Shown: positions 9,142 to 18,446 of the stretch, in pieces | How positions within the stretch are numbered: the first letter of the stretch is position 1 | How the letters are laid out: each line of letters opens with the position of its first letter | Assembly (NCBI RefSeq): GCF_902806265.1 | Contig: NZ_CADCVZ010000008.1 | Span: 3,209 to 67,208, forward strand | DNA: 64,000 nt | Direction: 5' to 3' | Source: an uncultured Sphingomonas sp. | Lineage (GTDB): Bacteria > Pseudomonadota > Alphaproteobacteria > Sphingomonadales > Sphingomonadaceae | Position numbers and translations under genes: made by a program | The notes under the pieces: generated by a model | Seen by the model: only the letters and a program-made list of their open reading frames with translations | Told to the model about the DNA's origin: nothing | Database searches by the model: none

Positions 9142-10298
9142 GCTTCAAGCATCTGTTCTCGCGCAGCCTCCATGCCGCGCCCGGGCGGCTGCACCTGGCG
9201 GCGCACAGCCATCATCTGTGGCCGGATGCGAGTTTCGCCGGGCAGGTCGAGTGCTGGGAGGACGCGGCGCGGCTGGCGGATGCCAAGTGGGACCGGATCA
9301 CCGGGGAGGTCTGGCGCGAGGCGCAGGCCCATGTGGCCGATGAGCTCGGCAGCGGGATGGCGGACGCTATCGTGTTCGCGGCCAACACCCACGACTTCCT
9401 GATCCGGCTGGCGGCGGCGTGTCCGCGGCGCGACTCGGCCAGGCTGCGGGTGCTCATCAGCGACGGCGAGTTCCACAGCGCGCGGCGGCAGTTCGCGCGC
9501 TGGGAGGAGGACGGCTGGCTCCACGTGGAGCGGGTGGCCGCGGAGGGCGATGGCTTTTCCGAGCGGTTCCTTGCGGCGGCGCGGGCAAGCGAGGCGGACA
9601 TGATCCTCGTCAGCCAGCTGCTGTTTGGGACCGGGCGGCTGTTTGAACGGGCCGGGGAGCTGGCCGAGCTGGCACGGCCAGAGGGGCCGTGGGTGGTGAT
9701 CGACGGCTACCATAGCTTCATGGCGCTGGAGCGGCCGCTCGGACCAGCGGCCGCGGCTGGCGCCTTCTACCTGGCAGGCGGCTACAAATATGCGATGGCC
9801 GGCGAGGGCATGGGGCTGATGCACTGCCCGCCCGGCTTCGGCCCGCGCCCGCCGATCACCGGCTGGTTCGCCGAGTTCGAGGACCTGACCCTGCCGCCCG
9901 GCACGGTGGGCTACGCCAAGGACGCGATGCGGTTCATGGGGGCGACGTTCGATCCGTCGGCGCTGTACCGGTTCAACGCAATCCGCCGGATGCAGGCGGA
10001 GCACGGGCTTACCACCGGTGCGATCAGCGAGCATGTCGCGGCGCTGCAAGCGGAGTTGGTGGAAGCGGTCCTCGCCACTCCGCTGGGCGAGGCGGAGCTG
10101 CTCAACCCGCTCCGAAGCGAAGCGCACGCCCGCTTCCTGGCGTTTCGCTCTCCGAGAGCGGCCGAGTGGCAGCGGCAGCTCGCCGCGCGAGGCTGCGTCA
10201 CCGACGTACGCGGCGACGTGCTTCGGGTCGGGCTCGGCCTGTACCACGACCTCGAGGACATTGGCGCCTTCGCGCGTCTCGCCGCGAACCTCGGCTAG
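9138..10298 (+). CDS. kynU: Kynureninase-like PLP enzyme (class V aminotransferase fold)
   Basis: ATGA overlap with kynA; IDGYH and GGYKY PLP-lysine motif; P.ITGWFA; MGATFDP. Confidence 0.78.
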   Translation: MSFKHLFSRSLHAAPGRLHLAAHSHHLWPDASFAGQVECWEDAARLADAKWDRITGEVWREAQAHVADELGSGMADAIVFAANTHDFLIRLAAACPRRDSARLRVLISDGEFHSARRQFARWEEDGWLHVERVAAEGDGFSERFLAAARASEADMILVSQLLFGTGRLFERAGELAELARPEGPWVVIDGYHSFMALERPLGPAAAAGAFYLAGGYKYAMAGEGMGLMHCPPGFGPRPPITGWFAEFEDLTLPPGTVGYAKDAMRFMGATFDPSALYRFNAIRRMQAEHGLTTGAISEHVAALQAELVEAVLATPLGEAELLNPLRSEAHARFLAFRSPRAAEWQRQLAARGCVTDVRGDVLRVGLGLYHDLEDIGAFARLAANLG

Positions 10299-10957
10299 GC
10301 GGTCAGACCGCCCCGCAGCAGGCGGTTGGTGGCTTCGGCGACGGCCTCCTCATCCTCGTCCCCCCACACGCCGAAGCGGAGGCCGAGGAAGACGTTGGCT
10401 CCCATGATCGCCCAGGCGGTCACTTCCTCGCCCAAGGGCGCCACGGGCCGCAGCTCGCCGCGGCCCGTGGCGGCGCTGAGGCGCCCCCGGATGCGCTCGG
10501 CGGTGCTTTCGTAGTGGCTGCGGAAGCCCTCGGGGTCGACGAACTCTGCTTCGTCGATGATCCGATAGACCTGCTTGTGCCCGCGCACGAACCGCAAAAA
10601 GGCTGCAAGGGCGCGGCGCTCGGCGTCCAGCGCGTCCGTCGCTCCATCGAGGGAGGGTGCAACGCTGTCGCGGACCTGTAGCGACATGTCGCGGACCAGC
10701 GCTCGGAACACCGCCTCCTTGCTGTCGAAATAGGTGTAGAAGGTGCCCAGCGCCACCTCCGCGCGGGTCGTGATGCCGACGATGGAGCTGTCGGCGAAGC
10801 CGCGCTCCCCGAACTCGTGCAGCGCCGCGTCGAGGATCTTGCGCAGCGTACGGGCGCCGCGGGCGGTGCGCGGGGCCTTGCCGTCGCTCGCCCAGGACGC
10901 GCTCTCGTCCAGCGCGTTCGCATCCGGCGTTTCAACCTCAGGCCCGCTGCTGCTCAT
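10295..10957 (-). CDS. TetR family transcriptional regulator
   Basis: ILDAA..EF.ERGF; HTH GTFYTYFDSKE. Confidence 0.92.
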   Translation of the reverse strand: MSSSGPEVETPDANALDESASWASDGKAPRTARGARTLRKILDAALHEFGERGFADSSIVGITTRAEVALGTFYTYFDSKEAVFRALVRDMSLQVRDSVAPSLDGATDALDAERRALAAFLRFVRGHKQVYRIIDEAEFVDPEGFRSHYESTAERIRGRLSAATGRGELRPVAPLGEEVTAWAIMGANVFLGLRFGVWGDEDEEAVAEATNRLLRGGLTA

Positions 10958-10988
10958 CGGCGATCCCCCGCTCCCCGCGCCTCTCGAC

Positions 10989-11018
10989 TTGACAGCAAGT
11001 TGAAAGTCGGTTCAACTT
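10989..11018 (+). promoter_or_regulatory. -35 TTGACA overlapped downstream by a perfect inverted repeat AAGTTGAA-N6-TTCAACTT (probable TetR operator)
   Basis: ttgaca at 10989-10994; palindrome at 10997-11018 between divergent tetR and the TonB-dependent receptor. Confidence 0.72.
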
Positions 11019-11088
11019 TCATTACGCAGCTTGCGAGCTGAGTGCAATGGCCGACGCCGTTGCTTGGGGCCCTGGAGGGGGAACATTG

Positions 11089-13635
11089 ATGAAGTTGACC
11101 ATTCGCACCCGTGCCGTTCTGCTCGGATCGGCTGCCGCCCTGCTTGCCGTGGCTTCGCCCGCCGCCGCGCAGGAGGCGACCCCCGCACCCGCGCCTGACG
11201 AGTCGAGCGCCGAGCCCGAGCCGGGTCAGGCCAACGCCCAGACCACGGACGAGTCTGCAACCGGCAGCGACACGGAAATCGTGGTCACGGCGCGGCGCCG
11301 CGAGGAAACGCTGCAGGATGTGCCGATCGCGGTCACCGCCTATTCGGGCGAGCAGCTGAACCGGCAGGGCGCGCTGGACATCACCGATATTGGCGACACC
11401 ACCCCCAACGTCACGCTTGAGACCTCGCGCGGGACCAACACCACGCTGACCGCATTCATTCGCGGCGTTGGCCAGCAGGACCCGGTCGCCGGGTTCGAGC
11501 AGGGCGTCGGCATCTACATCGACGACGTCTACCTCAACCGTCCGCAAGGCGCGCTGCTCGACATCTACGACGTGGAGCGGATCGAGGTGCTGCGCGGACC
11601 GCAGGGCACGCTGTACGGCCGCAACACCATCGGCGGCGCGGTGAAGTATGTGACGCGGCGGCTGGGCGACGACCCGCGCATGACGCTCCGCGCCAATCTC
11701 GGCACCTACCAACAGGCCGACCTGGTCGTCTCGGCATCGGTGCCGGTGGCGCCGGGGCTGGCGGTCGGCGGCGCGTTCGCCCGGCTCAGCCGCGGCGGCT
11801 TCGGCGACAACCTCACCACGGGTGAAGAGAACTACAACCGCGACCTTTATGCCACCCGCGGGACGGTGGAGTTCGAGCCCAACGACACGATCTTCTTCCG
11901 CCTGTCGGGCGACTACACCTGGGACAACAGCAACCCGCGCGGCGGGCACCGGCTGATCCCCGATCAACTTGCGCCGTTCGAGTTCCCGGTGCTGGACGAC
12001 GAGTTCGACAGCCGGGGCGGGCTGGAGGACCCGGAACAGAGAGTGAAGGGCGGCGGGCTGGCGCTGCACGGCGAAATCGGTCTGGCGGATGGCCTGAAGC
12101 TTCGCTCGATCACCGCCTACCGCCGTGACAAGAGCTCGACCCCGATCGACTTCGACGCGCTGCCGGCAGCGGACGTCGACGTGCCGGCCATCTACCGCAA
12201 CAAGCAATTCAGCCAGGAAGTGCAGCTGCTGGTCGATCGCGGCCCTTTGAGCGGCCTGGTCGGCGCCTATTACCTCAAGGCGAATGCCAACAACATCTTC
12301 GACGTGATCCTGGCAACTACCGCGCCTGCCATTCTGCCGGGCTTGACGGCGTCCACCTTCGGCGACGTCGACACCAAGACCTGGGCGGTATTCGCCGACT
12401 TTTCCTACGACATCACCGACCAGCTCTCGGTGTCAGTTGGCGGGCGCTACACCAACGACAAGCGGGAAGCGACCGTGATCCGCCGCAACCTGCTGTTCGG
12501 GGCGTCGCCCGAGCTTGGCGGATCGCCGGTGAACGGCATCTTCAACCCGGTGACCAACCCGACCGGTCGTCAGCTCGGGCTGCTCACCTCCGATTTCCAG
12601 GGCGAGGAGACCTTCAAGGAGTTCACCCCGCGGGCGTCGATCAGCTTCGAGCCCGACGCCAATAACACCTTCTACGCCAGCTTCGCCAAAGGCTTCAAAG
12701 GCGGCGGCTTCGATCCGCGCGGCCTGTCCACCGCCGCGCCGGACCTCAACGGCAATGGGGCGCGGGAAGCCGACGAGATCTTCGACTATTTCCTGTTCGA
12801 GCCGGAAAAGGTCACCAGCTACGAGCTTGGCTACAAGGCGAGCCTGTTCGACCGGCGGCTGCGGCTCGCGGTTGCGGGCTTTTACGCCAACTACAAGGAC
12901 GTGCAGGTGCCGGGCTCAGTCGGAGCGGTGATCAACGGGGTCCCCACCTTCGTCGGCGTCACCACCAACGCCGGCCGGGCGAATTTCAAGGGCTTGGAAT
13001 TCGAAGGCACCGCGGCCCTGCTGCGCGACTTCGCCGGACCGGGCTCACGGCTGAACTTCTCGGGCACGCTCGGCTATCTCAAGGCGCGCTACAAGGAGTT
13101 CATCACCCAGGTCGCCTTCTTCGATGAAGAGGGGAACCCGGCGCCGACCTCGCCCGGCCAGCCGATCGACGTGGCCGACTTCCGCCGCATCCAGAACACG
13201 CCCAAGTGGACGACGTCGGGCACGGTGGACTTCTCGGTCCCGGTGGGCGCGGGCGAGCTGTCGGGCAACGCCACCGCCTCCTACCGCAGCAAGACGTTCC
13301 AGTTCGAGACGCCGAGCCCGTACCTCGATCAGCCGGGCTACACGCTGTTCGACGCCAACCTCATCTACAACTTCCCCGGCGACCGCGTCCGGCTGGGGCT
13401 TCACGGCAAGAACCTGACGGACAAGCGCTACATCACCTCGGGCTATCAGTTCCTGACGGTGAACCCGGTGACCGGCCAGCCGATCTTATCGGGAGCGCCC
13501 TTGCTGCCAGGCGGTGTTCCGAACCCGAACTTCGGCGTTCCGGGGGTCGCCCCGTCGCTCGGCCGGGAAGGCGTGGTCACCGCCTTCTACGGCAGCCCGC
13601 GTCAGGTCTTCCTGTCGCTGCAGTTCGACTTCTAA
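11089..13635 (+). CDS. TonB-dependent receptor
   Basis: Signal peptide, TonB box EIVVTA, plug motif DVERIEVLRGPQGTLYGRNTIGG, terminal Phe. Confidence 0.96.
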   Translation: MKLTIRTRAVLLGSAAALLAVASPAAAQEATPAPAPDESSAEPEPGQANAQTTDESATGSDTEIVVTARRREETLQDVPIAVTAYSGEQLNRQGALDITDIGDTTPNVTLETSRGTNTTLTAFIRGVGQQDPVAGFEQGVGIYIDDVYLNRPQGALLDIYDVERIEVLRGPQGTLYGRNTIGGAVKYVTRRLGDDPRMTLRANLGTYQQADLVVSASVPVAPGLAVGGAFARLSRGGFGDNLTTGEENYNRDLYATRGTVEFEPNDTIFFRLSGDYTWDNSNPRGGHRLIPDQLAPFEFPVLDDEFDSRGGLEDPEQRVKGGGLALHGEIGLADGLKLRSITAYRRDKSSTPIDFDALPAADVDVPAIYRNKQFSQEVQLLVDRGPLSGLVGAYYLKANANNIFDVILATTAPAILPGLTASTFGDVDTKTWAVFADFSYDITDQLSVSVGGRYTNDKREATVIRRNLLFGASPELGGSPVNGIFNPVTNPTGRQLGLLTSDFQGEETFKEFTPRASISFEPDANNTFYASFAKGFKGGGFDPRGLSTAAPDLNGNGAREADEIFDYFLFEPEKVTSYELGYKASLFDRRLRLAVAGFYANYKDVQVPGSVGAVINGVPTFVGVTTNAGRANFKGLEFEGTAALLRDFAGPGSRLNFSGTLGYLKARYKEFITQVAFFDEEGNPAPTSPGQPIDVADFRRIQNTPKWTTSGTVDFSVPVGAGELSGNATASYRSKTFQFETPSPYLDQPGYTLFDANLIYNFPGDRVRLGLHGKNLTDKRYITSGYQFLTVNPVTGQPILSGAPLLPGGVPNPNFGVPGVAPSLGREGVVTAFYGSPRQVFLSLQFDF

Positions 13636-13643
13636 GGCGCTAG

Positions 13644-13671
13644 CGGGGCGCTTGCCGCGGCAGGCGCCCCG
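13644..13671 (+). other. Intercistronic GC hairpin (possible mRNA stabiliser or attenuator)
   Basis: cggggcgcttgc-cgcg-gcaggcgccccg; no U-tract. Confidence 0.5.
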
Positions 13672-13684
13672 TGCCACCTCTCCG

Positions 13685-14953
13685 ATGATGCAACAGCCCT
13701 CGACCGCCGCCAGCCGCAACCCCAATCTGGTGCTCGGCTTCCTGCTGGTCGCCTACATCTTCAACTTCCTCGACCGGCAGATCCTGGGCATTCTCGCCGG
13801 ACCGATCATCAAGGACCTGCAGCTGACCGATGCCGAGTTCGGCGCGATCGCAGGGCTTGCCTTTGCGCTGCTCTACTCCACCCTGGGAGTGCCGCTCGCC
13901 CTGCTCGCCGACCGCACCAGCCGTAGCCGGGTGATCGCCGCCTCGCTCGCGGTGTGGAGCGGGTTCACCGCGCTGTGCGGGACCGCCACCAGCTTCGGCC
14001 AGCTGTTCTTCTACCGGCTGGGCGTGGGGGTTGGAGAAGCAGGGGGCGTCGCGCCGGCCTATGCGCTGATCGCCGACTACTTCCCGCCCGAGCGGCGGGC
14101 CCGGGCGCTGGCGATCTTTTCGTTGGGCATCCCGCTTGGCCTGGCCGGCGGAACGCTGATCGGCGCCTATCTGGCGGCATGGATCGACTGGCGGGCCGCG
14201 TTCATCGCCATGGGCGTTGCGGGCCTGCTGCTGGCGCCGGTGATGCTCATCTACGTGCGCGACCTGCCCGGCTCGCGGTCCGACGCGAGCACGTCCGTTC
14301 CCCTGTCCCAGACCTTCGCCATCATCGCCCGGAAACCGACCTTCTGGCTGATGGCCTTTGCCGCATCGTTCAGCTCGCTCGCGGGCTACGGGCTGGCGCT
14401 ATGGACTCCGACGGTGCTGGAGCGCAGCTTCGGCTTCGGCCTGATCGAGCGCGGCCAGTTCCTCGCGTCCATCTTCCTGATCGGAGGAACGGCCGGGGTG
14501 TTCGCGGGCGGGTGGCTGGCGGACCGGCTCGGCCAGGGCGACCGGACCTGGTATGCCAAGCTACCGGCGATCGCCTGGCTGATCACCGCGCCCACCTTCG
14601 TCGTCGGGCTGCTGGTGCCTAACCCGTGGGTCGCCTGGCCGCTGCTGCTGATCCCCAATGCACTCAACATCCTGTGGCTGGGACCGGTCACCACCGCCGT
14701 GCAGCACTTGGTGCCGCGCCCGATGCGGTCCACCGCGTCGGCCAGCTTCTTGCTGATCAACAATCTCATCGGCCTGGGGGTCGGGCCGACGCTGATCGGC
14801 GCGCTGTCCGAGCTGTTCAAGGAGCGCTTCGGGACGGAAGCACTACGCTATGCCGCGGTCAGCGTGGTTGGCTTCTACCTCGTCGCTGCGTTGCTGATGT
14901 TCTTCGCTATCCGCCGCCTGCGGGCCGATTGGGTGGACGATAACGGGAGCTGA
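13685..14953 (+). CDS. MFS transporter (spinster-like)
   Basis: FNFLDRQI; motif A-like ALLADRTSR; GVGEAG; about 12 TMs. Confidence 0.92.
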   Translation: MMQQPSTAASRNPNLVLGFLLVAYIFNFLDRQILGILAGPIIKDLQLTDAEFGAIAGLAFALLYSTLGVPLALLADRTSRSRVIAASLAVWSGFTALCGTATSFGQLFFYRLGVGVGEAGGVAPAYALIADYFPPERRARALAIFSLGIPLGLAGGTLIGAYLAAWIDWRAAFIAMGVAGLLLAPVMLIYVRDLPGSRSDASTSVPLSQTFAIIARKPTFWLMAFAASFSSLAGYGLALWTPTVLERSFGFGLIERGQFLASIFLIGGTAGVFAGGWLADRLGQGDRTWYAKLPAIAWLITAPTFVVGLLVPNPWVAWPLLLIPNALNILWLGPVTTAVQHLVPRPMRSTASASFLLINNLIGLGVGPTLIGALSELFKERFGTEALRYAAVSVVGFYLVAALLMFFAIRRLRADWVDDNGS

Positions 14954-15016
14954 AAGGCGCGGAAATCCGCCGTTCACCTGCAAGGGTCCAAAGGAGGGAC
15001 GTGATCGACGAGCGCC

Positions 15017-15042
15017 GGAACGGAGGTGCTTGCCTGACCGTT
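15017..15042 (+). promoter_or_regulatory. EcfG (sigmaT) general stress response promoter
   Basis: GGAAC-N17-CGTT exact match, 24 nt upstream of ATG 15066. Confidence 0.7.
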
Positions 15043-15065
15043 GCCAATCCGAAAGGAGTTCCCTC

Positions 15066-16244
15066 ATGCGTAACATCTGGCTTCTGGCCGGCGCGGCAGC
15101 ATTGGCCGCAGCAGTTCCGGCAGCCGCCGACAAGGGCGGTAAAGGCGGCAAGGGTGGGGGCGGCGGGCATGCCGCCAAGGTCGAGCGCGGCGGCGGCGGC
15201 AAGGACAAGGCCGAGCGCCGCGCTGGGGGCGGCAAGGTTGCCAAGGCCGACCGGCGTGGCGGCGGCGACAAAGCACGCGGCGGCGGCGATCGCAAAGCAG
15301 CGAAGGCAGACCGGCGCGGCGGCGGCAAGCAGGAGTTCCGCTCCGCCGAGCGGCGCGAAGCCAAGGGGCGCGGACCCAAGCAGATCGAGCGGTTCGCCGA
15401 TCGCGGTCCAGAGCGCGGCGGCAAGGCCAAGGCCGAGCGCAAGGTTGAGCGTCGCGAGCCGGTCCGCTTCGCCCGCGAGGACCGCCGCCGGGACAGCCGC
15501 GAGGCCCAGCGGGACGTCGTCCGCCTGAACGGCGACCATCTGATCGACCGCGACATCCGCTACGACGACCGGGTCCGGCGCGACGCCTACTTATCAAGGT
15601 ATAACGATGGCGACCGCTATACCGCTTCCTACGGCAACTGCCCGCCGGGCCTGGCCAAGAAAGGCAATGGCTGCCTGCCCCCGGGGCAGGCCAAGAAGCT
15701 GGTCGGCCGGGCACTACCCGCGGCGTTCGCGACGAGCGTGCTGCCGTCCTACTACCGCAACTGGTACCCCGACACGGACGATCATCTCTATCGCGCCGGT
15801 GAGGACTGGATCTACCGGGTCGACCGCGACGACGGACGGGTCGACGGCTACATGCCGCTGTTCGACTATGCGGATTACGAGTCCGATTACTTCACCATCG
15901 GAGAGCCTTACCCGACCGACTACGTCAGCTTCTACAACGTGCCCGCGCAGTACCAGAACTACTACCAGGACGAAGGCGACTGGATGTACCGCTACGGCGA
16001 CGGCGCCATCTACCGGGTCGACCAGTCGTCGGGGCTGATCGACTCGATCGTGCAGCTGCTCGCGGGCGACCTGGCGATCGGCCAGCCGCTGCCGGCCGGC
16101 TACGATGTATACAATGTGCCTTACGCATACCGCGACGAGTATCAGGACTCGCCGGAGAATATGTACCGGTACAACGATGGGTACATCTACCAGGTCGATC
16201 CCAAGACCCGCCTGATCGAAGCGGTGATCCAGGCGCTGGTCTAG
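15066..16244 (+). CDS. Secreted protein: basic Gly/Lys/Arg low-complexity region, CPPGLAKK motif and three Tyr-rich RcnB-like repeats
   Basis: Signal peptide; NCPPGLAKKGNGCLPPGQAKK; three repeats ending IYRVD/IYQVD. Confidence 0.72.
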   Translation: MRNIWLLAGAAALAAAVPAAADKGGKGGKGGGGGHAAKVERGGGGKDKAERRAGGGKVAKADRRGGGDKARGGGDRKAAKADRRGGGKQEFRSAERREAKGRGPKQIERFADRGPERGGKAKAERKVERREPVRFAREDRRRDSREAQRDVVRLNGDHLIDRDIRYDDRVRRDAYLSRYNDGDRYTASYGNCPPGLAKKGNGCLPPGQAKKLVGRALPAAFATSVLPSYYRNWYPDTDDHLYRAGEDWIYRVDRDDGRVDGYMPLFDYADYESDYFTIGEPYPTDYVSFYNVPAQYQNYYQDEGDWMYRYGDGAIYRVDQSSGLIDSIVQLLAGDLAIGQPLPAGYDVYNVPYAYRDEYQDSPENMYRYNDGYIYQVDPKTRLIEAVIQALV

Positions 16245-16253
16245 GGATTGAGA

Positions 16254-16284
16254 AGGGGGCGAGCGGCCGCGCTGCTCGCCCCCT
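16254..16284 (+). terminator. GC-rich hairpin after the repeat protein gene
   Basis: agggggcgagcgg-ccgcg-ctgctcgccccct; weak U-tract. Confidence 0.45.
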
Positions 16285-16304
16285 CGCGGCAAGGAAGCAG
16301 AAGC

Positions 16305-16892
16305 ATGTACAAGCGTATCGCGATCGCCGCCGCAGCCGCCGCAGCCGCCGCGGCCTTAGCCGGGTGCCAGGCGGACGAGGCCGGCGACAATGCGGCCGCC
16401 ACTGCCAACAATACGCAGGCCGCAGCTGCGCCGTCCGGTAACCTCGCGCAGGCCGTGGCGGGATCGGCCCGCTTCCGGCAGGCGGTGGAAGCGGCGGGGC
16501 TGCAGGCCACGCTGACGGGGCCGGGGCCCTATACGGTGCTGGTGCCCGCCGACGCGGCCTTCGCCAAGCTGCCGAAGGACGAGGTCGAACGGCTGATGCA
16601 GCCCGCGGCCAAGCCGGAGCTGACCGCGGTCCTCACCTACCACATCCTGCCCGGCACCATCCTGCGTGCCGACCTGCAGCGGGCGATCCAGAACGGCGGC
16701 GGCAAGGCGGTGCTCGCCACGATGGCGGGCAAGACGGTCACGGCCACCGGCCAGGGTGACCGCATAATCCTGACGGACCAGGCCGGGCGGCAGGTGGCGC
16801 TCACCGGGCCGGAGAAGCTGGCCACCAACGGGGTCGTGCACCAGATCGACGGCGTGCTGCTGCCGGCGACGAGGCCTGCCCGGCCGAGCTGA
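16305..16892 (+). CDS. Fasciclin (FAS1) domain lipoprotein
   Basis: Lipobox LAGC; GPYTVLVP.D.AF; LTYHI; NGVVH.IDGVL. Confidence 0.9.
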   Translation: MYKRIAIAAAAAAAAAALAGCQADEAGDNAAATANNTQAAAAPSGNLAQAVAGSARFRQAVEAAGLQATLTGPGPYTVLVPADAAFAKLPKDEVERLMQPAAKPELTAVLTYHILPGTILRADLQRAIQNGGGKAVLATMAGKTVTATGQGDRIILTDQAGRQVALTGPEKLATNGVVHQIDGVLLPATRPARPS

Positions 16893-17019
16893 GTCTTCGC
16901 CGCCCGGCAACCCGGCGTGTTGCCACTGGCACGGTCCAATCCGCTCGCTATAACGAGCCGCGAACAGCGAGCGCGCGGGTCCCGCGGTGCTCGACCAGGG
17001 GCAAAGGGCGAAGGGCGCG

Positions 17020-18123
17020 ATGAAGGCGACGATCGAACGGGCGACACTCCTGAAGACCCTCAGCCACGTCCAGTCGGTGGTTGAGCGACGCAACACCATC
17101 CCCATCCTGTCCAACGTGCTGCTCGACGCGCGGGAGGACGGCTCCATCCGCCTGATGGCGACCGACCTCGACCTGCAGGTGGATGAAAGCGTGTCGGCCA
17201 ACGTTTCCCAGCCCGGCGCCACCACCGTGTCGGCGCACACTTTCTTCGATATCGTCCGCAAGCTGCCCGAAGGGAGCCAGGTCGAGCTTTCTGCCGCCGA
17301 GGGCAAGATGCAGGTCGTCGCGGGCCGCGCGCGCTTCAACCTGTCGACCCTGCCACGCGACGACTTCCCGGTGATCGCCGAAGGCGACCTGCCGACCCGC
17401 TTCGAGCTGCCTGCCGCGACGCTGCGCCAGATCGTCGACAAGACCCGCTTCGCTATCTCGTCCGAAGAAACCCGCTATTATCTGATGGGAATCTTCCTCC
17501 ACGTGGCGGACGAGCAGCTTAAGGCCGCGGCGACGGACGGCCACCGGCTGGCGCGGGTGACCGTGCCCAAGCCGGACGGGGCGGACGGGATGCCGGACGT
17601 GATCGTGCCGCGTAAGTGCGTCGCTGAGTTGCGCAAGCTGCTCGACGAGGTGGAAGGCACGGTGGAAGTGTCGCTGTCGCCGACCAAGGTGCGGTTCGTG
17701 CTCGGCCATGCGGTGCTGACCAGCAAGCTGATCGACGGCACCTTCCCCGACTACAACCGGGTGATCCCGACCGCCAACGACAAGCTGCTGAAACTTGACC
17801 CCAAGACCTTCTCGGCCGGGGTCGATCGGGTCGCCACCATCGCCAGTGAAAAGACCCGCGCGGTCAAGATGAGCGTCGACCGCGACCGGGTGACCCTGTC
17901 CGTGACCTCGCCGGAGAACGGCCTCGCGACCGAGGAGCTGCCGGCCGACTATAGCTCGGACGGGCTCGAGATCGGCTTCAATGCCCGCTACCTGCTCGAC
18001 ATCCTCCACGAGATCGAGGGCGACAGCGTGGAGGTGCACCTGGCCGACGCCGCCGCGCCGACCCTGCTGCGCGAGAATGACAAGAGCAGCGCGTTATACG
18101 TGCTGATGCCGATGCGGGTGTGA
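17020..18123 (+). CDS. dnaN: DNA polymerase III beta clamp
   Basis: VERRNTIPILSNVL, ATDGHRL, SKLIDGTFPDY, C-terminal YVLMPMRV. Confidence 0.98.
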   Translation: MKATIERATLLKTLSHVQSVVERRNTIPILSNVLLDAREDGSIRLMATDLDLQVDESVSANVSQPGATTVSAHTFFDIVRKLPEGSQVELSAAEGKMQVVAGRARFNLSTLPRDDFPVIAEGDLPTRFELPAATLRQIVDKTRFAISSEETRYYLMGIFLHVADEQLKAAATDGHRLARVTVPKPDGADGMPDVIVPRKCVAELRKLLDEVEGTVEVSLSPTKVRFVLGHAVLTSKLIDGTFPDYNRVIPTANDKLLKLDPKTFSAGVDRVATIASEKTRAVKMSVDRDRVTLSVTSPENGLATEELPADYSSDGLEIGFNARYLLDILHEIEGDSVEVHLADAAAPTLLRENDKSSALYVLMPMRV

Positions 18124-18446
18124 TGATCTGCCGCTTGTGGCGCGGGTGGACGGCGCCCGAGGGTGCCGATGCTTACGAGCGCATCGTTCGCGGAGAGGTC
18201 ATCCCCGGCATCGAGGCGCACCGCGTCCCGGGTTTTCGGGCGATCGATCTGATGCGCCGCGAGCTTGGTGCTGAGACCGAGTTCCAGACGCTCATGTGGT
18301 TCGACAGCTTGGCGTCGATCCGCACCTTCATGGATGAGGATTATGCCGTCAGCCATGTTCCTGCGGCGGCTCGCGCGGTGCTTCGACGCTGGGACGAGCG
18401 GGCCGCCCATTTCGAGGTCATCGAGCGGCGCGAGCAGCTGAGCTGA
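18123..18446 (+). CDS. Antibiotic biosynthesis monooxygenase-like (dimeric alpha+beta barrel) protein
   Basis: MI.R.WRGW, F.TLMWFDS...I..F; TGATG overlap with dnaN. Confidence 0.72.
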   Translation: MICRLWRGWTAPEGADAYERIVRGEVIPGIEAHRVPGFRAIDLMRRELGAETEFQTLMWFDSLASIRTFMDEDYAVSHVPAAARAVLRRWDERAAHFEVIERREQLS

